The notes under the pieces were generated by a model. The model had not been told where the DNA came from and made no database searches. It saw only the letters and a program-made list of their open reading frames with translations. Of a stretch of DNA of 64,000 nt, positions 40,095-53,414 are shown piece by piece. The stretch comes from Okamejei kenojei (lineage: Eukaryota), in the NCBI GenBank assembly GCA_035221665.1, contig CM069133.1:44764001-44828000 (forward strand). The letters are read 5' to 3'. Position 1 is the stretch's first letter, and each line of letters starts with the position of its first letter. The position numbers and the translations under genes were made by a program.

Positions 40095-40798
40095 TATTAT
40101 TACCCATATCATCCATCTGAGGTATGCTTTTACGAAATTGTATTCCCTTCCTTTTTTACTGCCAGCAGCGCTAACAGGGGAATATTTTCTTATATTCCCC
40201 TTTCTAGCGAACGCCTATGGACTTTACCTGTTTAAACAGCGGGGAATATAGTCTTATATTCCCCTGGTCTCACATCCGGGAACTTGGCAACGTGACGCTG
40301 CGTGACGGCAACGTGACGCTGCGTGACGGCAACGTGACGCTGCGTGACGGCAACGTGACGCTGCGTGCGAAATTTAAAATTTATTCTCAAAACAAACAAA
40401 ATGGCAGCCGGTTGCGAGAAGAGGTTCGCGATTTAAAAGTTCGACCTTCACATTGTCACATAAATGAATTACATAAATTACATAAATGAAACATAAATGT
40501 TACATTGTTTTAGTACCCTTATTTACAATGTTGGAATGGTTTTAGTACCCTTATTTACAATGTTGCAATGCATATTGCAAAATGTATAGATACATTCATA
40601 TCATATGAGATGTTCAGATTTTTCTCTAGATGTCTGATAATGGGTAATAATAACAATATTGACTGTCCTCTTTCGGGAGATACGACATATATTGCCCTCA
40701 CTAGATCCATATTGCCCTCGTCTTCGACTCGGGCAATATGAATCTACTTCAGGCAATATATGTCGTATCCCCCTCAAGGCCAGTCAATATTCTATTAA
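40095..40798 (+). mobile_element. Non-autonomous element with asymmetric inverted repeat and ~137-bp terminal hairpin (Crypton-like, unassigned)
   Basis: TATTATTACCCAT (40095) pairs with ATGGGTAATAATA (40640). Hairpin 40655-40791. 21-bp GGCAACGTGACGCTGCGTGAC x4 at 40286-40367. Relative at 56838-57310. Confidence 0.6.
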
Positions 40799-42920
40799 TA
40801 TGTCTTAATATATCTAAGGAAAAAAAAAAAAAAGGTCATCCTTAATGTTTCTCTTTTCTACCCCGATTTTAAACCTTCTATATTACTTGCTCGGTATCCC
40901 CGAGTCCTAGAATTAAAAAACATGAGAACACCTGCCCTGTCCCTGTCCAAATATACAGTATTCATTAGTACCTTAATTACCAGCCTGTTTCAAGGGTTGC
41001 ATTTCTTATCTTAAATACAACCATCTTCCAGCCCAAACCTCTGGAACTTTTCCAGATCATTAATGCCTCTTTCTTCCCACAGGTTTATGATGTTCTAATA
41101 TTCTTATACCCCTTTTCATTAATTATAATGTGTTAGCGTACATCCTAAATTGTATTTCATTTCTTTTCAACCAAATTAACCTTATATATCTGTTAATAAT
41201 AATCATCTCTATATGCCCCTTATCCCCTGAATCCATTAGGTTAATACCTTGGTTCCTCATATTAACATTACTGTAATAGCATAACCATTAATTAGTGATA
41301 TATATTAATTAATTCTTTAAGTTTATATAGTTAATTAATTCTTTACATTACATATATACTGTATTATAAAACATTTCTTAAGTCCATAATGTCCTTTGAT
41401 TTTCTTTCAAATCTGATCGAGTTGTTTCAAAATAACTGTTCTTTCAGTTATTTCTCTTCTCCTTATCTGTTCAAGGTTGAAACCAGGGCCTGTTCATTGC
41501 ATACATATTCCTGACAGATAAGCCTGTCTGGTTAATGTCTAGAGCAGTTCCATCGTCTTAATTACAGCACAGATTCCCAATAGACATTTACTCATCCGCT
41601 TTTACTTCTGTTTTTTCTATTTTCTTTACAATTTCTTGTGCGTAATTAAATGCCAAATCCGGGTCCGTGAAGGCGCGTTGAATAGAGTTATAATTAATTT
41701 TCATTTTCGCGGGAAACACTATTCCGTATTTCACCTCTGATTTACCTTGCAGAATGCTGCTTACTCTTTTAAATTTATTTCTTTTTTCCAGTATTTCACG
41801 TGAGTAGTCTCTGTAGAATCTGACAGTTTCTCCATCAAATGTAAGCCTCTCCCCACATGGTATCATCTTCATAAGTTTATCCAAACTTGAAATGTCCAAA
41901 AATTTCACAATAATCTGTCTTGGGGGAGAATTTGTTTCTCTTCTGAAGCGACCTACCCAATGTGCCACATCAATCCTTGGGTTTTCCTTCAACTTAAAGA
42001 CATCTTTGAGTATTTTAGTAACGAGTTCAGTCATTAAAATTCCTAGCTCTTGCCCTTCCTTTACTCCTACAATCCTCAAGTTCTGTCTCCTTGATCTAGC
42101 TTCAAAGTGTTGAATTTTATCTGTCAATTTATTCAATTGCTCCCGATTAACCCCTTGTTCTTCTTTCAGGGTCGATATTTCCCGAGACATCTCACGTATT
42201 TCAATCTTCATATCTTCTATCAACTTATCAACTCCTTCATTCAATTCATCAAATTTCTTATTATAATCATTATCCATTCTCGCAAATTCCTGAGTCGTCC
42301 TCTGATCCAAATCCGACAGTTGTTGCTCCAAAAATTCAAACTGTTCCTATGATTCAGCACGCGCAGCCTCTGTTTTCTTGGAGAGATTAACCTCCATTTT
42401 AGATAATTTGCTCTCCAGTATCTTGTTCATATTAGTGAGCATTTTGGAGAATTCCTTAGTAAGATCTATGGTAAGATCTTTAGTAAGATTAGCTCTTACT
42501 GTTTCTTCCCACTGCTTCATCTCTTTCTCCTTTTCTGTCCTTTTCGTCTCCCCTTTTGTAGCCATTTCAGATACTGCTTGTTGAGAATCAAATTCTTCGT
42601 CTGAACTTTCAGTTGTTGTTTGGAGGGCTGCCAAATCGTCTTCCAGCAGGAGTCTGATAGTGGATTTCAGTCTGATAGTGGAGCCAGCAGGAGTCTGATA
42701 GTGGAGCCAGCACAGCCGGGAGAAGGGGAACCACTGTTAGTGTCACAATCCCACCTCTCCCATTTCTCACAGCTCACCACGTGGTGAGGGTGACAAACAG
42801 CACAGCAACATCGCAGCTCAACCGCCTTCCACAAGGGCAGGGACCCAGGGTGGGCGCAGCCTCCTACAGTGACTGTGGCCCTCAGATCAGTCTTAACGTT
42901 ACATCTCTGTGTCTTCACAG

Positions 42921-43304
42921 GCTGCAATGTCAATGGTTGGAACATGGAGACACCGGACAAGGTGACGGGGAGGGTGGGGAAGCTCATGGTTCTGTACTGC
43001 AAGTTCACTCACCCTCACCATGAATACAAAGACAACATCAGCATCATCTGGAGTGAGAAGAATTCCAAGAAGATCTTTTTCAAATACACAAATTATCTAT
43101 CAAGCAACAAGTATAAAAATGTGATCATGAATAATGTAGAAACTCGCTACAAACCAATGGGGGACCCGCGGAAGAACGATGCTTCCATAATCATTAATCA
43201 GCTGAGAAAGACGGATACAAACAAGGCCCTCAGTTGTCGTGTTGAGCTCACAGAGCCAAACGGAGCAATGTTTGGATGCCCACATGGGACTATCACAGTA
43301 TCAG
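42921..43304 (+). CDS. V-set Ig exon V1, Siglec-15-like, with the sialic-acid-binding Arg position intact
   Basis: Open 384-nt phase 1-1 exon (cttcacag|...G|gtgagg). WNMETP..CKFTHPHHEY..IW..GDPRKNDASI..CRVEL parallels the recalled Siglec-15 motifs WSMQVP..CTFTHPHRHY..AIW..GNPRRNDLSL..CRVEF. Confidence 0.9.
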
Positions 43305-45199
43305 GTGAGGAATTATTGTAACTGAATGATTATTGTACTGTAAACTAATGATTTGCCTGTGATTCCGATGTCACTGGCATCGCAGACAATTGTTCAAGCT
43401 GTTGACTTGTTAGGTACATCACTGGGAGATCATGTCCTGGTTTGACCGCCTAAAATACAACACGTTGCACTAAACTGAATTTAACTCTATTAACCATCCC
43501 TCAACCCACTTGACCCGCTGATCAACATCCTGCTGTCGTTTTTGATAACCATGTTCACTCATACTCCTCATTTCTGCCTTGACCATGATGTACAGTCACT
43601 GCGGAATGGGGTGATGTCATTGCCACATCTGGCCTGCTGTTATAGTCACATATTATGTCTCCTCCAGTTAAGTTTCAGATATTGGTATTGGTTTATTATT
43701 GTCTATTGCACTGAGATACAGTGCCATTTTTCCGAGTGCTATCCTGACAAATCATACCATTGAGGCACTAGAAACTGCAGATGCTGGAACCATGAGCAAA
43801 ACACAAAGTGCTGAAGACACAGTGGGTCAAGCAACATCGGTGGAGGAAATGGACAGGCAATTATCTGGGTGGGTTCCCTTCAAACTGATGGAGTAGTAGG
43901 GAGAAAGATGGGAATGGGGCAAAGCTTGCCCAATGATAGGTGGATGGAGGTGGAGGTGGGGGGGCATGGGGGAGGTGCCCATCAGATGGGTGGAGACAGT
44001 GATAATGGTGAGTGGTGGAAAAGGAGACATAAAAGATGTCAGACAAGGAAACAAAATGTAAAGGCGGAGGCAAATGGATGTAATGGGTCAGGGGAGATGG
44101 GCAGGGGAAAGACGTGATAGAAGGAACTATGGGATTTGAGGATGAGAGATGAATACGGGAGAAAAAAGGAGCAGTGTGACAGGGATAATGGGAGCAAAGT
44201 GTGCACAGTGGGCTGGTGGGGGGGGGGGGGGGGGGGGGGGAGTGGGAGGTATTATTTGAACTTTGAGAGTTCAGTGTTCATACGGTTGGGTTACTCAAGC
44301 TACTCAAGCTGACCATGAGGTGCTGTTCTTCCAGTTTGTGTGTGCTCTCACGCTGATAATACACAAGGCCAGTGACAGTCAGGTTGGTGTGGGAACAGAA
44401 AGAGGAGTTAAAAAGCATAGTAACCAGGAGCTCCAGCAGGCCTTGGCATGATTGGCAACCTGATAATCATGTTTCTCTCCTGCTTTTTTTCTGTTTGATG
44501 GCAATGTAACTATTGCAATCTTGTATTTAATACTTTCATCATTGAGCCCAGTGTCTCGCACTTCACTAACCATTGCCTCAATGTGTCACATTTGTTTTAT
44601 TTAATTGTGTCTCGTAAGGAGTTCTCCACATGTTCCTTGGCACCCTTTAGCATTGTTCTCCACTTCTTCATATTCCATCTGCAATCTTGTTACAATTCAA
44701 TGGAAAGTGAACATGTAGTAGAACATACAGTAGAAAATGTAGTAGGGGTATACTACATCCACTGGATCCTCCCTTATCAATCCTGCTTGATATATTGTCT
44801 ACCCTAACCCTAAACTTCACTTAAAGTGTCAACAGAACTTCCCCTTCATCAAGAATTAAAACAGAAATTGCTGTAAAATTAATCAGGTCTGAATGCAAAG
44901 TCAACTAGAGGGGCGACATTATCAATGTAGGGAGATGTGTTGCTGCTACTCAGGAGGATTTAATCTAGTTTGGCAGAAAGTTGGTAACTGGAGCAGGTGG
45001 AGCGTTTGAATGGGATGTAGACTTCAGCTTAAGACTGATCAGAAGGGCTGGCAGGGCCAGGTTAACGAACGCTATTTATAAAGAAGATGAAGTTACATAT
45101 ATAGTTACATTTCACCTCTCTAGAGCAGCGCTGGAGGGTCACGTCCAGATGGGTCAGAGTGGGAGTGGGATGGAGAAACATGGTCTCCATCACATGATG

Positions 45200-45405
45200 T
45201 GTAGGAAGGAACTGCAGGTGCTGATTTATACCGAAGATAGACACAAAATGCTGGAGTAACACAACGTGCCAGGCAACATCTATGGAGAAATGGAATAGAT
45301 TCTTCTTCAGGTCTGAAGAAGCGTTCCATTCTGAAACATCACCTGCTCCTTTTGTCCAGAGATGCTGCCTGATCCGCTGAGTTACTCCAGCATTTTGTCT
45401 ATCAT
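45200..45405. repeat. Palindromic Penelope-pLTR-derived short element (another at 51025-51230)
   Basis: aaatgctggagtaac...tcttcttcag / ctgaagaag...gttactccagcatttt inverted arms. Confidence 0.75.
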
Positions 45406-45589
45406 CGTGGTCACAGACACAGGTGAAGTATTGATGAAGAAAATGTGGTTAATGCGTTCGACCAATGAGAATCAATGGACTAGATGTTAAGAAGTCCCTT
45501 GTGCCAGTAGGTGGGGAGCATTTCACGACATTCATTGATTGCTCGCGGGGGGGGGGGGGGCTGGGGGGGGGGGGGGCTGGGGGGGGGGG

Positions 45590-46925
45590 GTACGTATATG
45601 TATATCAGGACAGCTGGGCACAGGACACATGCATCACTGGGTGTTTCGGCCTTTTATCACTATACACCCTCCACAAGGTGATTGCCCTCAGCGTGTGTCC
45701 CGTGTCAAACTGAAAGATTCACCGTTGGGGCCCAGCATAGCCAAATCCAACAGCTGCTTCTTTCAGAGAGTGATCTTTTTGGTCTTCTGCAGAGCCTGAC
45801 ACTCCTTCAGCAGTCTGATGGTAGATGACGCAACAAATCCTCTGCATCCCACTTCAACAGGATAAACGTTGATGTTCCAGCACGCTGCCTTGCCTCTGCT
45901 GCAAGCTCTGTGTACGCAGCTTCTTACGCTCATAGGCCCTCTATGATGTAAGCAGTCTTCTGTGAGTAGGTTGGTCGAAGCAATTTCAGAAAGATTAGTT
46001 GTCGATGTCGCACGATCTAAAGCAAAAGGTTGTCGCCCTTAAGTGGGAGGGGTTTGCTTGTGCAGCCTCCATGATGAAGCTGATCTTGTTTGATTCCATT
46101 TCCCATAGTTCTTTCCAGCTGATCTTCCTCCGCTCCACCTTCCCACTGGCCCTGTTTGTTTGCCTTCTTGCGGCACCTCCTCAACCACCAATGTCCTCCG
46201 CTCTGATGTTGTGGCCTTTCGCCAAGTTGGTTTACTTGTCGTAAGGCCAAAGCCACTTGCCCCACGACGTCTTTGTGCCTCAGGGCTGATGAAGCTTGCT
46301 GTACTGCATCAGATGGTGTCCACTTCCGGGCGGTTACTAGGGGCGGCGCAACAGCACTGATGGTCTTGTCTCTAGAGTCCCTCAGTGTCATCTGGAGTCT
46401 TACTTTGGAACACTTGTATTCCTCTGTTAGATAGTGAGAGGTAGTTCCAGGACCCCTTTGCCATAGAGGCCGATGTTAGTTAGACATCGTGGGACACCGA
46501 GCCATTTCTTCGCGTATGAAGTTATGGTTCGCTCCATCTTCTCCACAGTTGTTATTGGAGCTTCATAAACGGTCAGTGGCCACATTGTCCGAGGAAGGAG
46601 TCCAAACTGTAGGCACCAGAGCTCAGTTTCCCAGGCAGTCTCCAGACAATTTCTTGCCTTTGCTGTTGCAGCTCTTTGTCCTTGAGACTTGCGTTGTACG
46701 CCCAGGCTTTTTACTGGCTGCTCAACACTGCGTCACCGATGCAGAACCTTGTGTCTCTATTAACTTGGAGATGCTTCGAGACTTACTTGGTTTGATTTTC
46801 ATTCCCCACCTCCTGCAAAGTAGCCGCTTGGTGCAATATCGTCCCTGATGGGTGGCAGACCCCAGCTCTGGTTCGTTCACCGCCCCACCACCCATTTTGA
46901 GGCCCTGATGATGACTTCCATGGCC
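45590..46925 (-). mobile_element. HERO/R2-group LINE 3' fragment, internally deleted
   Basis: MTLRDSRD...RKWTPSDAVQQASSALRHKDVVGQV (46017..46391) and C-terminal YPVEVGCRGFVASS at ~45825-45868. Confidence 0.65.
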
Positions 46926-46952
46926 ATATTTTAAATCTTTCTCATATCCGAG

Positions 46953-47215
46953 GTGATGTCAGCGCATCCATGGTGACTGAGCAGTCGATGAGCAAGGTGA
47001 TCACTATCCTCTGGATGACTCCACGTCCGTTGTCTTTAGAGACACTGTAAATATAGGAGGTCGACTGGTGGGAAGCCTAAACAAGGGAGACGCCTCCATC
47101 AGAGTGAGGGGACTCACGTTGAATGACACCAACGACTATTTCTGTCATGTTTGGACCTGGAAATCCCCTCTGAAGAAAGATATTCAGGTGACTCAGCATG
47201 AGACGGGACAGTCAG
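46953..47215 (+). pseudogene. Degenerate V-set exon paralogous to V2/V3
   Basis: Retains gcatccatggtga, LVGSLNKGDASIRVRGLTLNDTNDYFCHVW and gtgactcagcatgaga. Several deletions remove the B-strand Cys region and the donor site. Confidence 0.85.
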
Positions 47216-48924
47216 TGTTGAGGAGTAAATGATAAAATCACATTGAACAATGGTAAGCAGAATGAGCTTCGTTCTGTTTCATCTCTGAATATTTCACTCC
47301 ATTCTCCTTCTGGGTCTCTTTCAAATCTTCACACCTTCCTGGTTCTCCCCCTGCACCAATGAATAACATTGAATGTAATTGACTTTTATCCCTCTCTAGG
47401 CTTCAGCCACCATCTTGGAGCAATCGTGATAATGTATCTGGAGATACCTGTGTGTGCGGGAGGGAATGGGCAGGTTGTTCATTTGAGCTGCCATTTTTTG
47501 ATCTACTTTCTTGTGATTGGCTTCACTTTCTAGTGTTAAACATAGGTGGACATCATGTCCAATCTCCATTGTTGGTGTACATGGGAGATCATGGGACCTC
47601 CAGTGACATTGTTGTCAGCCTCTGGTTCTGGTAATGAGGGAGGGGAGAAGAGAGAGTAACTCAGGTGTGAATGATCCTTGATTATGTTGGCTGCTTTCCC
47701 AAGGAATAAATGCAGTTGATGGGCGGGGGAACGAGGGAAAACCTTTTACTCGATCTACATGGTTAATCCTGAGCTTTCTGTTGCTTGTAATCTTAATCAT
47801 CCATGCAATTCCCCCTCTGACTATTTTTTGTGATTTTCTTATAACCAGTCTGATGCAATTTGAAGAACAGGGCTCACTGCATCATTCCAGATTGCATTGA
47901 ATTCAAGAATTTTGGATGTTGCTTTTTCTCTCTTTACTCAGAACTAACCAGCTCTACTGAAGATCAGCAAAATGGAATATTAATCAGTTATTCTCTCAAC
48001 AATTATTGCAACTTAAAATAAGTTAGCTGAAGTTGCAGAGGTTGTATAGAGGGGCGGATTGGAAATAGGAAATATCTCTGAAAGGGTGAGTCTAGGTTTG
48101 CTGTTGATGAAATTATCTGGTTGATAAATTAAAGAAGAAAGCTGGAGACAGAGAACACAAACAAAGATATAAACCAGAGCTGCAAAATGCACGTCAGAGC
48201 TGCAAGATACACCCTGCAGATCAGGCAGTGTCAGTGGAGAGAGGAGACCTGAGTCAGTATTGCAGATGGATAACCTGCTGCAGAACTTCTGATAAAAACA
48301 GCGAGAAAGTTACCAGAAATTGTTGTATTCAATGTTGACTCAATGGTTCATTGGATCAACCTTGAATAGAACAATTTCTGGTGACTTGCTCGCTGTTTGT
48401 ATCAGAACTGGCGAGTTCTACAACATCTGCGATACTGACAGTTCTCCTGAAGAAGAGTCATGACCCGAAATCTCACCCATTCATTCTATCCAGAGATGCT
48501 GCCTGCCCGCTGAATTACTCCAGCATTTTGTGTCTATTTTCGGTTCAATGATTTCTTTATTATCACATGTACCAAGTGCAGTGAAATACTTTTTTGCATA
48601 CAGATCAGTAAGAATATCACCTTACATAAATAAGCACAATCCCCCCGGTTAGTACATAATGTACAGAAGAATCCACTGAGTCTGGGCAACAGTTGCCATT
48701 TTGCACCATTTTACAGTCCTAGTTGCAGTGGCCATAGAGGCCCATTGCAGCCGCCGCTTCTATTCCAGTTGTCCTGGAATGTTGACCCTCACCTTGCACA
48801 GCCCTCTTCAGCCCTTCTTCCCCACGGGCGGTGTGTGGTGGGGGGCTTCTCCCGCAGATGAGATTAAGGTGCGGAAGTTAAAAACCCCTCCACCCCTCCT
48901 GATTCGGTTGACCATGCCATTTCT

Positions 48925-49660
48925 GGTTGGCTGTCAGTTACTAGCAGAGTTCCGCAGGGTTTGGTGCTTTGGCCGCTGCTCTTCACGTTGTATATTAATG
49001 ATTTGGATGAGGGGATTGAAGACTTTGTGGCCAAGTTTGCGGATGATACGAAAATAGGCGGAGGAGCAGGTAGTGCAGAGAAAGCAGGGTGTCTGCAGAA
49101 GAACTTGGATAGGTTGGGAGAGTGGGCAGAGAAGTGACAGATGGAAAAGTGTGGAAAAGTGTGGAGTCATGTATTTTTGTAATAGGATTAAAGGCGTTGA
49201 TTAATTTCTAAATGGGGAGAGAATCCAGAATTCGGAGGTGCAAGGCGACTTGGGAATGCTCGTGCAGGATTCCCAAAAAGTTAATCTGCGAGTCGATTCA
49301 GTTGTAAAGAAAGCAAACAAAATGGGATGTGGAGGAGATGTTTCCATTAGTGGGATAGTCTAAGACGAGAGATTTTAGCCTCAGAATTAAAGGACGTCCT
49401 TTTAGGAAGGAGATGAGGAGGAATTTCTTTGGTCGGAGTGTGATGAATCTATGGAATTCTTTGCCACAGAAGGCTGTGGAGGCAAAGTCGGTGGATATAT
49501 TTAAGGCAGAGATAAATCGATTCCTGATTAGTGCGGGTGTCAGAGGTTATGAGAAGGCTGGAGAATTGAGTTAGGAGAGATAGATCAGCCGCGATTGAAT
49601 GGCGGAGTAGCCTTGATGGGCCGAATGGTCTAATTCTACTCCTATCACATATAATTGTAT
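48925..49660 (+). mobile_element. CR1 LINE fragment
   Basis: YINDLDEG..VAKFADDTKIGG; CR1 3' UTR. Confidence 0.85.
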
Positions 49661-50021
49661 GAACCGTGCCTCCCGTAGATGAGCTTATGGTGCAGACCCT
49701 AAGACCCCCACCCCACCCAACCTGATTCAGCTACCCACGCCTTTAGCCATCCTCCATCCTCCTCTCCGGTTCCTCATCTTCAAGGTCAAAGCTCAATGGG
49801 AGCCATGAAGGCTCCATCTTGTCCAGACTAAAGCTGAGATGTCTTTAGTTCAGATTGGCCCTTAATAGAATACTGCAGGAGGTCAGGAACAGATGGATCA
49901 GAGTGGGAATGGGATGGAAAATCCAAGTCACAAATGTGGATGAACTATTGATAAAGACCGTGTGGTTATTGTATTCAATTACTAAATCATATTCACACTT
50001 TAAAACTCTTCTCTGTGCAAG

Positions 50022-50384
50022 GTGATAAAGACAGAGCATCCATGGTGATTGGGAGGAAGGGTGCGACTGCCACACTGCCCTGCTCCTTCAGTCCCTCGAA
50101 CAGGAATCCCAGCTCCATCACCATCAGCTGGATGAAGGGGAATCCATCAAAATGGTCTGTTGTCTTTCGTCACACTTCTCCCCGCCCAGCAGCACATCGC
50201 ATTCCTGAAAATGTAAATATAGGGGATCGATATGAGCTGGTGGGAAACCTTACGCAGGGAGACGCCTCCATCAGAGTGAGGCAACTCAAACTGGGTGACG
50301 CCAGCGATTACTCCTGTCACGTTTCTGTCAGGAATTCAACGTTGATGACTGTGACTCAGGATGAGATGAAACTGCAGGTTGTGG
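50022..50384 (+). CDS. V-set Ig exon V2 (intact; no Siglec Arg)
   Basis: 363-nt phase 1-1 exon (gtgcaag|...G|gtaagg): ATLPCSF..ISWMK..RYELVGNLTQGDASIRVRQLKLGDASDYSCHV..KLQVV. Confidence 0.9.
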
Positions 50385-51785
50385 GTAAGGAAACGTAAGT
50401 TATGCTGTAAACGATAATATCATATTGAACAACCTTAAGAGGAATGAGCTCCCACTGACAGCGTAGACCAGCACAGGAACAGGCCCTTTGGCCCGCAATG
50501 TCTGTACCGAACATGATGCTACGTTAATCTCATCTACCTGCAGGTGATACATTTCTTCCATTACCTGCATTTCAAAAAGCCTCTAAAACTCCACTATCAT
50601 AGCTGCCTCCACCTCCACCCCTAGCAGTATTTTCCTGGCACCCACCACCCTCTATGTAAACAATAACTTTCCCCAAATATCTCCTTTCATCTTTTCCCCT
50701 CTGTCCTTATCACAATGCCGTCTATTCATTGACATTTCTGCCATAGGCAAAGGATTCTGACTCTCTGTCCTATCCATGTCTTTCATATTTTTATAAACTT
50801 TCGACAGTCCAGAAAAACAGTTCAAATATGTCCGACCTTTTCTTATCACTAATACCCTCTAATCTAGGCAGCATTCTGGTAAACCTCTTCTGAACCCTTT
50901 GCAAAGTTTCCACATCCTTCCTGTAATGGGTGAGAACTGCACATAAAACAGAATGCAATAATCCCAGTGTCGTAACTAAAGTTATATAGAGCTACAACAT
51001 GACTTCATGACTTGTATTCAGTAGATAGACACTAAATGCTGGAGTAACTCACCGGGACAGGCAGCATCTCTGGAGAGAAGGAATGGATGACGTTTCAGAT
51101 CGAGTATCTTCTTCTTGACCCGAAACATGACCCATCCTTTCTCTCCAGAGATGCTGCCTACCCAGCTGAGTTACTCCAGCTTTTTGTGTCCATTTTCAGT
51201 TTTAACCAGCATCTGCAGTTCCTTCCTACACTTCTTGTATTCAGTATCTTGACCAATGAAAGCAAGCATACTGTACACGTTTTTAACATGTTGCCATTTT
51301 CAGAGAGTTATGGAATTGGATCCCAATATTTTTCTGTACATTAGTAATTTTAAGGGTCTTGCCCTTGTCTACTTTCCACTTGCATTCAACCTCTTAAAGT
51401 CAACACTTCACACGTGTTCGGATCAAACTCCATCTGCCATTTCTCTGCCTATATCTGTATTTAGATTAAAAATTGCAGTATCTTTCTACAGTTCTACAGT
51501 TATCTGCCTTCCTCATGATAGTCTTGCACTTTCAATAAGCACACTACAGACCATGCGTGGGTTTGATATTTGAGCTGCCACTTATGTGGACTGTACTCTT
51601 GCAATTGACTTCACTTTCTCATGTTTGAACAGAGGTGAACGCCACTGTCTCATCTCTAATGTCACTGTTGACAGCAGTCTTGTGCCATCTCCAGTGATAT
51701 TGTCATCAGCCTATGGTTATGGTGGTATGGGTCAGGTGATATTGACTTCTGAGGCAGTTCTGGCCAGTTCTTGTACAAACAATAA

Positions 51786-52172
51786 AGGGCCTGTCCCTCT
51801 TTGGTGACAACTGAAGACAACTGAAGACTTCTCTTGATGCCGGTAGCTGTCGCCGGTTGACGTAGGTTGACTTAGGTAGTCGCCAATTGAATTCACCGAA
51901 GTCAGCACCGGCGACAACCTACGTTATCCTGGCAACAACCTACGACAGCACCTACGTCAGGAGAAGACAAGCTACGAGAAGCCCAAGGTTGCCAAGAGTC
52001 GCCGAAAAGTTTAGACCATTTCAAAATCCAGCGGTGATCAGAAAAACGTTACGACTCTTTAGGCGACTTGAGGAGACAACTCACAACCATACAGATGATA
52101 CCCGGCGACCGTGTGGCGACTGCCCAGTCGCATGTAGTGGCCTAAAAAAAATCGCGTAAGTTGGACAGGCCT
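51786..52172. mobile_element. PIF/Harbinger-type MITE
   Basis: Imperfect TIRs AGGGCCTGTCCCTCTT / AAGTTGGACAGGCCT flanked by TAA on both sides. Confidence 0.7.
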
Positions 52173-52399
52173 TAAGCAAGTTATTGAAATTGTTGCTTTA
52201 AATGTTAGCACAAAGGCTTCATGCTGCCCAGACAGAAGATGAGGTGCTTGAGATTGGGCCTCGTTAGAACAGTGCAGGAGGTCTGAGACAGACAGATCAG
52301 AGCGGTAGTGGGATGGAGAATCAAAGTCACAGGCATGGATGATGTATTTTTATAAACCATGTGGATTAGTTTGTTAAATACAGCTTTTGTCTTTACAAG

Positions 52400-52761
52400 A
52401 TGGAAAGAAGAAGACATCCATGGTGATTGGGAAGAGAAGAGATTCATCCATACTGCCCTGCTCCTTCAGCCCCTTGAACAAGAATACCAGCCCCATCACT
52501 GTCCGCTGGATGAAGGGGAATCCACGGGAGGAGTCCACAGTTTTTAATCACACCCACCCCCACTCTGTGAACCGTCCCTACACTGTCACTGTAAAGGGAG
52601 GAGGTCGATATGAGCTGGTGGGAAACTAGACCAGGGAGACGCCTCTATCAGAGTGAAGGAGCTCAGAGTGAACGACAGCAGTGACTATTTCTGTCACGTT
52701 TGGGTCAGGAATTCCACACAGGAGACGGTGACTCAGGATGAGATGAAACTGGAGGTTGTGG
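52400..52761 (+). CDS. V-set Ig exon V3, with a 1-bp deletion as assembled
   Basis: 362 nt versus 363 for V2. GGAAACTAG (52621-52629) versus GGAAACCTT in V2 gives an immediate TAG. The shifted frame continues DQGDASIRVKELRVNDSSDYFCHVWV..KLEVV to G|gtaagg. Confidence 0.85.
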
Positions 52762-53414
52762 GTAAGGAAGATCTGTCTGTGTTGTGCTGTGAACGATAAA
52801 ATCACATTAACAACTGTAAGAGGACATGAGATCCACTGACAGCTGGAGCCGAGATCGGCCCACTCCATTGTAGGTTCCAACCCTTGCCCTGGGCTTCCCT
52901 TGCTCAGCACTGCCCCAGTGGTTGGACAACAGTGCTGATTCCAGCCAGAATGCACGGAGCTCCCTGCAGCAGGATCAGAGATTCAGAACCACATTCATCT
53001 GCTGAACCTCCAGTCCCTGTGTCTGTGACATGGTCTGTGTTGCAAAGATCCACAGACTGCCCTGGGGTATTTACATCCGTCTCTTTCATTCACATTGAGT
53101 CCGGGAACCTGTATGTTCTCTCACTGAATATTACACAGACAGTACAGCACAGGAACAGGCCCTTTGGCCCGCAATATCTGTGCAGAACATAATGGTACTG
53201 TAAGTTAAACTAATATCATCTGCCAACACATGATCCATATCCCTCCATTTTCTGTAGATCCATGTGCTTCTTAAAAACACTATCATATCTACAAATATTT
53301 CACTGCAGTCTCCTAGGTGTGTTCTTCCAATCCCCATTCTGAAGGACTCTATCTGCACACACCATCAACAGTGATTAATTCAATTAATTTAATTTAATTT
53401 CTTCCTTCTCCAAG

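Larger units (their letters stand above)
34725..42645 (-). mobile_element. L1 LINE (L1b), antisense in intron 1; 5' end missing; interrupted by CR1 and a hairpin element
   Basis: ORF1 EARSRRQNLRIVGVKEG (41588..42331), APE QETH (39258..39617), RT DAEKAFD/LFADD (36160..37041), C-terminal CDKC..ANLTHSF (35071..35571). Poly-T at 34725. Confidence 0.95.

Noticed and set aside
44218-45590. Poly-G tracts as G-quadruplex or switch-like regions
   Set aside because: Simple homopolymers within repeat remnants, with unreliable lengths and no ordered repeat unit.
42921-52761. Tandem V exons as rearranging Ig/TCR V segments
   Set aside because: Each intact V includes its G strand and ends in a GT donor. 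No heptamer-spacer-nonamer was seen; CACAGTA at 43294 is coding sequence.
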